Assembly: GCA_035606295.1 (NCBI GenBank)
Contig: DATNFQ010000126.1
Span: 1-25,190 of the forward strand
DNA: 25,190 nt
Source: Patescibacteria group bacterium
GTDB taxonomy: Bacteria; Chloroflexota; Limnocylindria; Limnocylindrales; CSP1-4
Reading direction: 5' to 3'
The stretch's first letter is position 1, and each line of letters starts with the position of its first letter. Below the pieces are notes generated by a model. That model saw nothing but the letters and a program-made list of their open reading frames with translations, had not been told where the DNA came from and did not search any database. A program made the translations under genes and the position numbers. Positions 17,356-24,912 of the stretch are shown in pieces.

Positions 17356-17871
17356 TCAGGTCTCGAAAACGGACCAGCAGATCTCATTGCGGATCCGTTG
17401 ATCGTCAAGCACAAGGTCACGGATGGCCTGGGGGAGCCGCTCGCGCTGCCAGCGGCACTCGAGTCGTCCGGCGTTCTCGCTCTCCGCATCAGGTACCGCC
17501 GCGCGCACGGCCTTGATCGCGTAGGCCGCGGCACCCAGCTCGTGCGCGGCGACATGCGCGACCGCTGCTGCCTGAGCAGCCGCGAAACCGGCGTGTCGCG
17601 GAGCACCGCGAAGGTCCCTCGCCGCCGCGTTGGCGTGGCCGGCGGCCGTCCGGGCTTCGGTCATCGCGACCTCGCCACGTGCCCACGCGCGAGCGAGCTC
17701 GATCGCGCGCCGAGGCCGCTCGTCGTCAGGTCGGGCGCGCTCGAAGTGGTGGAGCACATGCTCCGCGCACGTCGCAGCCCACACGGCGAGGCGATGGTGG
17801 TCGTCGTCCTCGAGCGACCCGCCTCGACGGATCGTGATCAGCCTCGGATCTCGAACATCGCTCAGGATCAC
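17356..17871 (-). CDS. Imm5-like putative immunity protein
   Basis: VILSDVRDPRLITIRRGG, LAVWAATCAEHVL, RPRRAIELARAW, AAAVAHVAAHELGAAAYAIKA and ECRWQRERLP match my recollection of the Imm5-like family. The upstream extension of the ORF is a shadow of + strand genes. Confidence 0.75.
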   Translation of the reverse strand: MILSDVRDPRLITIRRGGSLEDDDHHRLAVWAATCAEHVLHHFERARPDDERPRRAIELARAWARGEVAMTEARTAAGHANAAARDLRGAPRHAGFAAAQAAAVAHVAAHELGAAAYAIKAVRAAVPDAESENAGRLECRWQRERLPQAIRDLVLDDQRIRNEICWSVFET

Positions 17872-17956
17872 TCGTCCAGTCTCGGGCATCCGTTCCGTGG
17901 CCGCGCAGGACTTCGTGCGAGCGTGGCTGGCCCGTTCGGTTGACCATCGGCGGGAC

Positions 17957-17975
17957 GGGTGGGCTATTCCCACCC
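17957..17975. promoter_or_regulatory. Perfect 7-bp inverted repeat between divergent genes
   Basis: GGGTGGG-CTATT-CCCACCC, with TTGACC at 17940-17945 nearby. Function unknown. Confidence 0.35.
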
Positions 17976-18003
17976 TCACCATCGGACTCCATCGTGACAA
18001 GCG

Positions 18004-18291
18004 ATGGAGACCAACTCTCCGGCCGAAGAGCTTCCCGCTCTCTACCGGGCGATCCTTGATCGCGTCGCGGAGATGGAGGCGGCTGGCGAGCGAGCCGCCG
18101 CCGCCCGACTCCGCAGTGACGCGACGGACGCCTATTCGAGGGCGTGGGATGAGCGCGCGCGCCGTCGGTTGGAATCCCTCCTCCGCCGGTCGGACCGTGA
18201 CGCAGACACCGAGCGCCACGGCGGCCGCGTACGCCGCCCGGTCGCGGCGCCTCGCCGAGCCATGACGACGCGGGAGCACTACCCCTCCTGA
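18004..18291 (+). CDS. Small helical hypothetical protein
   Basis: ELPALYRAILDRVAEMEAAGERAAAARLRSDATDAYSRAWDERARRRLESLL reads as amphipathic helices with normal codon bias. Confidence 0.65.
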   Translation: METNSPAEELPALYRAILDRVAEMEAAGERAAAARLRSDATDAYSRAWDERARRRLESLLRRSDRDADTERHGGRVRRPVAAPRRAMTTREHYPS

Positions 18292-18360
18292 CGGACCGGC
18301 CTGACGATGGCCGGAGTAGCCCACCGCCGCGCAGCGTCGAGCGAGCGTAGTCTGTCGCGC

Positions 18361-18672
18361 GTGGACGACTCCGCCGAAGCGACCGTCGATGCCGTCATCG
18401 AACACGCCCTCGCCGCCTACGCGTCGTTGGCCGAGCTCGGTGAGGAGGTCGACGATGAGTGGTCGTACATCCAGGACCTGACCGAGGCCTGGCGAGATCG
18501 TTTCGAGGCGGCCCGATCGATTCGCGGAAGTGAACTGGTCGCTCCCGAGATCGCCGCCGCGATCGGCCTCGCCATCGGCGAGGTCGGCCAGATCGAAGAC
18601 CCGCATCGCGCGATCGATTGGCTTTCGACGTTCCCACAGATCGCGCTCACGGCCCTTGGGGAGCGTCCGTGA
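18361..18672 (+). CDS. Acidic alpha-helical hypothetical protein
   Basis: VDAVIEHALAAYASLAELGEEVDDEWSYIQDL...DPHRAIDWLSTFPQIALTALGE. GTG 18361 is preceded by TAGTCT-N7; an alternative start is ATG 18307. Confidence 0.75.
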   Translation: MDDSAEATVDAVIEHALAAYASLAELGEEVDDEWSYIQDLTEAWRDRFEAARSIRGSELVAPEIAAAIGLAIGEVGQIEDPHRAIDWLSTFPQIALTALGERP

Positions 18673-19337
18673 GGTTCCAGGATGCCGCTCGCGATGGGCG
18701 GGCGGTCGTATACGCCGGCATCCAGGCCGATCCGCTGGTCGGGAGAGCCGCGGACCTGCTCGCCGATGCCGATCCCTCGCTGCGCGTGATGGCGCGCGCG
18801 GTCATGAACGGCGAGTCGACGGATCGAACGACCTGGACCGGGATGTTCCCGACCCTCTTCGGGTCGACGGCGGACGAGGCGATCCGCGATCGCGCCGATG
18901 CGCTGCTCGACGTCGCCCTCGAGGTCGCCGGACGAGGGGAAGCCGTCCGCAGCCAGTTCCGCGGAGCGATCGTCGAGGAGCTCACCGGGCGGCTGCTTGC
19001 GCGTCGCGTGCCAGTCGCCGCGATCCGCCGCGAGCGACGGATCCTCTTCGATGGAGTACGCGCCGAGATCCATCCCTACGACGTCACCGTCGAGCGCGAC
19101 GGCGCCAGCGAGGCGTACGACTGCAAGTGGGGGGCCCGCGGGATCAGCGACGACGTCCTCCACCAGCTCGACGATGCGCGCCGCCACGCCGACGACGAGG
19201 ACGCGGCTCTCGGGGTCGCCCTGGTCGTCTTCGATGCACAGCGCTCCTGCGACGTGCGGCTCGACCGCTCGACGGCGCCGTTCGAGGGCACACGGGTCGT
19301 CGCGCTCGAGTCGCTCGACGAACTTGGTGGTCGATGA
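18669..19337 (+). CDS. Putative PD-(D/E)xK (Mrr-like) nuclease-fold protein
   Basis: RGAIVEEL (E103), HPYDVTV (D138), EAYDCKWG (D151-x-K153), followed by ISDDVLHQL and ALVVF. GTGA overlap upstream and ATGA overlap downstream. Confidence 0.7.
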   Translation: MRFQDAARDGRAVVYAGIQADPLVGRAADLLADADPSLRVMARAVMNGESTDRTTWTGMFPTLFGSTADEAIRDRADALLDVALEVAGRGEAVRSQFRGAIVEELTGRLLARRVPVAAIRRERRILFDGVRAEIHPYDVTVERDGASEAYDCKWGARGISDDVLHQLDDARRHADDEDAALGVALVVFDAQRSCDVRLDRSTAPFEGTRVVALESLDELGGR

Positions 19338-20116
19338 CGAACGCTACCCGGACAGACGCGGCGCGGGTGCCCGACCAGTGCTCGTCCCCGTATCGCGTCA
19401 GGTTCGATGAGGCGGCTCCGGACGGGCGCATCCGTACGTCCGTGCTGCTGCGGTACGCGCAGGACCTCGCCTGGTATCACTCCGCGTACCGCGGCTTCAC
19501 GAGGGAGTGGTATCGCGAGCGGGGCCTTACTTGGCTCGCTCGCGCAGCCGAGGTGACCGTGGAGGGTGACATGCGGGTCGGCGACGAGATCGTCGGGACG
19601 ACGCAGGTCGTCGGCTGGCGCCGCGTCTGGGCACGGCGACGGACCGATTTCGTCGACGCGGGCGGGACCCGGTTGGCGTGGACCAATGTCGACTGGCTGC
19701 TGCTCGATGCGCGTGGCGCGCCGACGCGCGTCCCGGTGGACTTCGATGAGCATTTCTGGGCCCCCGAAGCGACCTTCCCGCTCGGCCGCGTGACGCTGGA
19801 GGCGCCACCGGCCGACGCACCTGCGGCAACGACCATCGGCGTGCGGCCCCAGGAGCTCGATCCGATGGACCACGTCAACAACGCGGTCTATGCCGACTGG
19901 GTCGACGAGGCGGTCATCCGAGCCGGGGCGGAGCCCGATGTCCGGGCGATCCCACGGACCATGCGGCTGGAATACGCGCGAGCCGTCGAGGCCGGCGCGA
20001 GCGTCTTGGCCGACGTGTGGCGCGATGGATCGGGCTGGTCGTCGCGGATCCGTGACACGGGCGGCGTCGAGTACCTTCGAGCGCGACTGGAACCGGCCAC
20101 ACTCAGCCGCTCGTGA
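19334..20116 (+). CDS. Acyl-ACP thioesterase-like double hot-dog protein
   Basis: YRVRFDEAAPDGRIRTSVLLRYAQDLAWYH in the first domain and VRPQELDPMDHVNNAVYADWVDEA in the second. Confidence 0.88.
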   Translation: MTNATRTDAARVPDQCSSPYRVRFDEAAPDGRIRTSVLLRYAQDLAWYHSAYRGFTREWYRERGLTWLARAAEVTVEGDMRVGDEIVGTTQVVGWRRVWARRRTDFVDAGGTRLAWTNVDWLLLDARGAPTRVPVDFDEHFWAPEATFPLGRVTLEAPPADAPAATTIGVRPQELDPMDHVNNAVYADWVDEAVIRAGAEPDVRAIPRTMRLEYARAVEAGASVLADVWRDGSGWSSRIRDTGGVEYLRARLEPATLSRS

Positions 20117-20155
20117 CGAGCTCTGGGTGGCCTTTCCGGGCACGCGCGGCGCATC

Positions 20156-20179
20156 TATAATAAGCACGTGTTAGTGATA
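20156..20179 (+). promoter_or_regulatory. -10 box TATAAT with an overlapping imperfect palindrome (candidate autoregulatory site)
   Basis: TATAAT at 20156-20161 lies in an AT-rich patch. TATAATAAGCAC|GTGTTAGTGATA pairs at 8 of 12 positions. Confidence 0.45.
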
Positions 20180-20199
20180 CGAATCCTGGGATCCAGACG

Positions 20200-20898
20200 A
20201 TGACCGACCCGACTCGCGACATCGACGATATCGACGCGATCGCCCTGCTCGACGAACCCGCCCGCCGGACGCTCTACGAGTGGGTCATCCGCCAGGGCCG
20301 GCCCGTCAGTCGCGACGAGGCGGCGGCAGGCACGGGTGTGTCGCGCCCGTTGGCCGCGTTCCACCTCGACCGTCTCGCGAAGGCGGGTCTGTTGACAACG
20401 GGATTCCGGCGGCTGAGTGGGAAGAGCGGCCCGGGCGCTGGAAGGCCGTCGAAGCTGTACGCCCGGACGGACCGCGACATCCGTGTCTCCTTGCCCGAGC
20501 GTCGATATGACATCGCGGCTGAGCTGATGGCGGAGGCGTTGGAGGATGCGAGCGGCGTCGGAGCTGCGACATCCCTCCGTCAGGCCGCGCACCGTCTGGG
20601 CGAGCAGGTCGGCTCGGCCGCGAAGGTTGCCGCCGGTCCGCGCCCCACGTCGGCTCGCAGTCAGGCGGCGCTCGTCGAGACGCTCGAGAAGCGTGGATAC
20701 GAGCCGGTCGAAGCTGAAGGGACGCTCCGGCTCCGCAACTGCCCGTTCCACGCACTCGTCGACGATCATCGCGACCTGGTCTGCGGCATGAACCTCGCCC
20801 TCGCCGAAGGCATGCTCGACGGTCTCGGCGAGGACCGGATCTCGGCACACCTCGACCGGCAGCCGGGCCTGTGCTGCGTGGCGTTCGACCTGGAGTGA
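20200..20898 (+). CDS. ArsR-like winged-HTH transcriptional regulator with a Cys-containing C-terminal sensor domain
   Basis: LDEPARRTLYEWV, SRDEAAAGTGVSRPLAAFHLDRLAKAGLL, GAGRPSKLY, then LRNCPFH, VCGMN and LCC. Confidence 0.88.
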   Translation: MTDPTRDIDDIDAIALLDEPARRTLYEWVIRQGRPVSRDEAAAGTGVSRPLAAFHLDRLAKAGLLTTGFRRLSGKSGPGAGRPSKLYARTDRDIRVSLPERRYDIAAELMAEALEDASGVGAATSLRQAAHRLGEQVGSAAKVAAGPRPTSARSQAALVETLEKRGYEPVEAEGTLRLRNCPFHALVDDHRDLVCGMNLALAEGMLDGLGEDRISAHLDRQPGLCCVAFDLE

Positions 20899-20905
20899 AC
20901 GACCG

Positions 20906-22060
20906 GTGACGCCGGCGCGCGACGTCGTCGTCATCGGTGGCGGTGCGATGGGTGGCGCGGCGGCCGTCCACCTGCTCGAGGACCCGGCGTTCGAAGGCCG
21001 GGTCACGATCATCGAGCGCGATCCGACGTACCGGCGCGCATCCTCGGCGCTTAGCGCGGCGGGGACGCGCCGCCAGTTCTCGACGCCCGAGAACATCCGG
21101 ATGTCGGCCTATTCGTTCGGCTTCATCCGGGACAGGCTCGGTCTGGACATCCGCGAGGGCGGCTATCTCTACCTCGCGCCGCCGGCCTCACGGGGGATCC
21201 TCGAGGCGAACCACGCGATCCAGGTCGCCGAGGGCGCGGACATCGTCCTCCTGACGCCGAGCGAGCTCGTCGCCCGCTACCCGTGGCTCGCGACGGATGG
21301 CATCGCGCTGGGATCGCTCGGTCGCTCAGGAGAGGGTTGGTTCGACGGCTACGGACTCGTCCAGGCGTTCAGAGCCAGGGCGCGCGATCTCGGCGCAGAG
21401 CTGCTGACGGCCGAGGTCGTCGGGATGGACGTCAACGGTGGTCGCGTCGCCTCGGTGACGCTCGATGATGGCTCGAAGCGCGCCTGCGGATCGGTGGTCG
21501 ATGCTGCCGGTCCCTGGGCGGCCCGGATCGCCGCGATGGCCGGTATCGATCTGCCGGTCGAGGCACGTCGGCGATGCGTTTTCGTGTTCGACGTCGAGCG
21601 GGACGCCCCCGAAGATTGCCCCTTGATCATCGATACGAGCGGCGTCTGGTTCCGACCGGAGGGTGGTTCCTTCATCACGGGTGCCGCCCCGGCTGACCAG
21701 GACGACCTGCCCGATCTGCCCTTGACGCCGGACCACGCGCTATTCGAGTCGGTCCTGTGGCCGGCGCTCGCGAACCGCGTGCCCGCATTCGACGCGATCC
21801 GTGTCACGAATGCCTGGGCTGGCTACTACGAGATGAACACGTTCGATCACAACGCGATCATCGGCCGGCATCCCGAGATCACGAATCTCCTGTTTGCGAA
21901 CGGGTTCAGCGGCCACGGCATCCAACAGTCGCCCGCGGTCGGCCGGGCGATCGCTGAACTGATCGTCCACGATCGATTCGTGACGACCGACCTGAGCGTC
22001 TTCGGGTTCGAGCGCATCGCCGCCGGGCGACGTGTGGTCGAGCAGAACGTCATCGGTTGA
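20906..22060 (+). CDS. FAD-dependent oxidoreductase (DAO/sarcosine oxidase beta/FOXRED1-like)
   Basis: VVVIGGGAMGG Rossmann motif, SSALSAAG, VVDAAGPWA, WAGYYE, GFSGHGIQQSPAVGRAIAELI. Confidence 0.92.
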   Translation: MTPARDVVVIGGGAMGGAAAVHLLEDPAFEGRVTIIERDPTYRRASSALSAAGTRRQFSTPENIRMSAYSFGFIRDRLGLDIREGGYLYLAPPASRGILEANHAIQVAEGADIVLLTPSELVARYPWLATDGIALGSLGRSGEGWFDGYGLVQAFRARARDLGAELLTAEVVGMDVNGGRVASVTLDDGSKRACGSVVDAAGPWAARIAAMAGIDLPVEARRRCVFVFDVERDAPEDCPLIIDTSGVWFRPEGGSFITGAAPADQDDLPDLPLTPDHALFESVLWPALANRVPAFDAIRVTNAWAGYYEMNTFDHNAIIGRHPEITNLLFANGFSGHGIQQSPAVGRAIAELIVHDRFVTTDLSVFGFERIAAGRRVVEQNVIG

Positions 22061-22175
22061 GGAGCACCATCCCTGGGTCTGACGGCAATCGATCTGTAAG
22101 GCGGTCCTTCGGGCGCCGGTGAGTCGTGCGTCCCGCCATCGATGCGACGTTGGACGCTCGCAGGAGGAGGACGTG

Positions 22176-22607
22176 ATGCCGACGACCGTTGACGAGATCC
22201 GTAGCAGCACGATGATCGACGCCCCGATCGAGCGCGTGTGGCAGGCGATCACCACGCCGAGCGAGATGAAGCAGTGGTTCTTCGGGGTCGACACCGAAGC
22301 GGACTGGCGGCCGGGTGGTCGACTCGTCCACCGCGGGGAGTACGGCGGGAAGCCGTACGTCGACAAGGGCGAGATCCGCGAATTCGAGCCGCCTCGCCAT
22401 CTCGTGCACACCCACTGGAGCGACGTCTCGGGTCTGACAGACACGCCCGAGCACTACCAGGTGGTCGCGTGGGACCTGACGCCGCGTGACGGGGGCACCG
22501 AGGTCACGATCACGGAACGGAACCTTCCGTCCGACGAGGCCGCGAAGACCTCGGAACAGGGCTGGGAGAGCGCGCTCGGCTCGCTCAAGAAGCTGCTGGA
22601 GCGCTAG
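22176..22607 (+). CDS. SRPBCC/AHSA1-like domain protein
   Basis: IDAPIERVWQAITTP, DWRPGG, FEPPRHLVHT, GGTEVTITE, GWESALGSLKKLLE. SD AGGAGGAGG. Confidence 0.9.
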   Translation: MPTTVDEIRSSTMIDAPIERVWQAITTPSEMKQWFFGVDTEADWRPGGRLVHRGEYGGKPYVDKGEIREFEPPRHLVHTHWSDVSGLTDTPEHYQVVAWDLTPRDGGTEVTITERNLPSDEAAKTSEQGWESALGSLKKLLER

Positions 22608-22682
22608 CCCCGAAGGTCGGCAGAGCGCCGATCGGCGCGGGCGACCCGGGCTCGAACGGCGGAAGCCCTGTACGCTCGGGCG

Positions 22683-23612
22683 ATGCTCCGACGTTCCGCG
22701 CTCGCGTCGACCGTCGCGCTCGGCCTGATCCTCGTAGCCGGCACGCTGCCGGTCCGTGCCGCCGTTCCCGATCCGGCGAACGATCCGACGCACGTCGCTC
22801 TGTCCACACTGCGCCCCTCGACCAGTGCCGCCGCCCGCGATCTCGCGCGTGTCTATACCGATCGTTGCCACGTGGCCCATGAGGTCACGACGCCGACCCA
22901 CTGCACGTACGGGGACCCCGACGGCACGATCCGGGTCATCGTCATCGGCGACTCGATCGCTGCGCAGTGGTGGGCGTCCATCGATGGTGCCGCGCGGCGC
23001 GCCGGATGGCGGATCACGTGGATGACCAAGACCGCCTGCCCCGCTGCCGACGTCACCGTCCGCAGCCAGGGTGTCCGATACACCGCCTGCGATACGTGGC
23101 GGCGGAACGTGCTCACCAAGATCCGCGGCTTCGCACGTGCCGATCTCGTCGTCATGGCGGGCTCATCGAGCTCGACGCTGATCAGGCGCAGCGACGGCGC
23201 GACCATCACGGATCCGACGGCGGCCGCGGTGGAGTGGGGAGCCGGCTACCGGCGATCCATCGACCGGCTCGCCGGTGTCGCGCGCCGTGTCGTGATCCTG
23301 CGCGACACACCGTCCTTCGCGTCGTCGATCCCGAGCTGCGTCGCCGCGCATTCCGGTTGGACGTCACCGTGCTCGCGCGCCCGGTCGGCCGCGTTCTCCG
23401 TAGCCCGCTGGACGGCAGAGTTGGGGGTCGACGCGGCCTATGACTGGGTCCGGGCGACCGACTTCGGCGACTGGTTGTGCCAGCCGACGCGCTGCTGGCC
23501 GGTGACGTCGACGCATGTGCTCCGCTATCGCGATGGGCATCACCTCACGAACACGTTCGCGATCGCGATGGCACCCGCGATGTACTCGCGCCTCCGCTGG
23601 CTGATGCGCTGA
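22683..23612 (+). CDS. Secreted SGNH-hydrolase domain protein of the type usually fused to acyltransferase-3
   Basis: Signal peptide; CTYGDPDG, VIGDSIAAQW (catalytic Ser), MTKTACP, VILRDTP, LCQPTRC, YRDGHHLT (DxxH). Confidence 0.85.
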   Translation: MLRRSALASTVALGLILVAGTLPVRAAVPDPANDPTHVALSTLRPSTSAAARDLARVYTDRCHVAHEVTTPTHCTYGDPDGTIRVIVIGDSIAAQWWASIDGAARRAGWRITWMTKTACPAADVTVRSQGVRYTACDTWRRNVLTKIRGFARADLVVMAGSSSSTLIRRSDGATITDPTAAAVEWGAGYRRSIDRLAGVARRVVILRDTPSFASSIPSCVAAHSGWTSPCSRARSAAFSVARWTAELGVDAAYDWVRATDFGDWLCQPTRCWPVTSTHVLRYRDGHHLTNTFAIAMAPAMYSRLRWLMR

Positions 23613-23638
23613 GTGCCTCGGCCACTACACTCGGCGCC

Positions 23639-24307
23639 ATGTCGCTGCATGCCCCACCGACCGATGAACAGGCGACACGCGAGCTTCTCGTCGAGCTCCT
23701 TCGCGACTTCCACCGGCGTGGCTGGGTGTCGGGCACCGGTGGCGGCATCTGCGGCCCGGCGGGCGACGGCGGCCTGTTGCTCGCGCCGAGCGGCGTCCAC
23801 AAGGAGCGTGTCCAGCCCGACGAGTTCTTCACCGTCGATCCGGCCGATGGCCGCGTCGTCCGGCGCCCTGAGCGCGACGACCTTCGACCGAGCGAGTGCA
23901 ACTCGATCTTCTGCCTGGCCCATCGATCGCGCGGCGCGTGGAGCGTCGTCCACTCGCACGCGTTGTCCGCGGTGCTCGCCGGCGACCTCGCGGCGGCGGG
24001 AGCGGCAGATCACCTGGCGATCCGCGATCTCGAGATGCTCAAAGGGATACCGGGCGTCACCAATCTCGATGTCCATCTCGTCCCGGTCATCCGCAACACG
24101 CCGCGAGAGCCGGAGCTCGTCAGCCAGCTCGAGGCGGTCTTCGCGGATCCACGCTTCGAGACCGCCCGGGCCGTGGTCGTTCGCGACCATGGTGCCTACA
24201 TCTGGGGCGACGACATCCTTGCCGCCAAGCGCCATACCGAGGTCTATCACTTCCTGTTCGAAGCGACGGTCGCGCGCCGCGACCGGCAGTACGAGGAGAG
24301 AGCGTGA
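23639..24307 (+). CDS. mtnB: Methylthioribulose-1-phosphate dehydratase (class II aldolase fold)
   Basis: RGWVSGTGGGIC, LLAPSGVHKERV, RPSEC, VVHSHA, VVVRDHGAYIWG. The start is at ATG 23639 (TACACT-N7-ATG). Confidence 0.85.
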   Translation: MSLHAPPTDEQATRELLVELLRDFHRRGWVSGTGGGICGPAGDGGLLLAPSGVHKERVQPDEFFTVDPADGRVVRRPERDDLRPSECNSIFCLAHRSRGAWSVVHSHALSAVLAGDLAAAGAADHLAIRDLEMLKGIPGVTNLDVHLVPVIRNTPREPELVSQLEAVFADPRFETARAVVVRDHGAYIWGDDILAAKRHTEVYHFLFEATVARRDRQYEERA

Positions 24308-24708
24308 GTCATCACGACAAGCGTGAGTCCAGGGACCTGTCGCACCTGACCAAGGTCGACGTCATCGACGTCGCCGCCGCGGTCGAGGCCGACAAGCTGA
24401 CGGATGCCGAGGTGTTCAAGCGCACGTACCTTGGCCATGGGTCGCAGTCGAGCGTCTTCGTCTTCCAGGGGCACTCGGGGCCGTTCCGCATGCACGTCCA
24501 CGAGACCCACGACGAGATCGGCTATGTGCTCGAGGGAACGGGCAGCATGACGGTCGACGGCGTGACGCACCCGGTCAAGAAGGGCGACGTGTGGGTGATC
24601 CCCGCGAACACGCCACACGGCGGCCAGTTCGAGGACGCACCGCAGGTGTTGTTCATCTCGTCGCCGATCGACGACCCGGACGACCAGGATCGCGTCTGGA
24701 TCGACTGA
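24304..24708 (+). CDS. Metal-binding cupin domain protein
   Basis: HVHETHDEIGYVLEG (HxH-x4-E-x6-G) and GDVWVIPANTPH (motif 2). GTGA overlap with mtnB. Confidence 0.88.
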   Translation: MSHHDKRESRDLSHLTKVDVIDVAAAVEADKLTDAEVFKRTYLGHGSQSSVFVFQGHSGPFRMHVHETHDEIGYVLEGTGSMTVDGVTHPVKKGDVWVIPANTPHGGQFEDAPQVLFISSPIDDPDDQDRVWID

Positions 24709-24746
24709 CGGTCGGACACCGGCGCCGGGTGGGCGCCGCGATGGGC

Positions 24747-24826
24747 ATGAAAAAGGAGCAGGCCCACCAGATCCGTCCGATGAACTCCCCCCAGGATGAT
24801 TCCGTCCCCCGAGGGCCTGCTCTCAT
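24747..24826. other. Structured intergenic element: 10-bp inverted repeat enclosing internal direct repeats
   Basis: GAGCAGGCCC (24756-24765) and GGGCCTGCTC (24813-24822). On the minus strand the stem is followed by CUUUUU. Confidence 0.5.
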
Positions 24827-24912
24827 CTGATGGTGCCACGCCGACCTTGCGGCGCGCATTGCAACGCTCGTCCGACCTCCCCGCTGCGACGACCGACAAC
24901 GAGGGACCGACC

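Noticed and set aside
17356-20116. Calling this stretch a horizontally acquired defence island
   Set aside because: No integrase, transposase, tRNA, flanking direct repeats or visible GC shift. Only individual gene motifs hint at conflict functions.
22625-22638. Perfect palindrome GCGCCGATCGGCGC after the SRPBCC gene, and frequent CGATCG hexamers (HIP1-like)
   Set aside because: There is no loop or U-tract. CGATCG arises readily from NCG-ATC-GNN codon usage in GC-rich genes, and I cannot show enrichment without counts.
24304-24708. Naming the cupin mtnD
   Set aside because: It is shorter than typical acireductone dioxygenases and has HxH-x4-E spacing. Context alone does not justify the symbol.
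24741-24830. Short + strand [32 protein letters not shown] as a leader peptide
   Set aside because: It has no clear SD or regulatory codon run. The sequence is better explained by its inverted repeat. Ribosome profiling would be needed.
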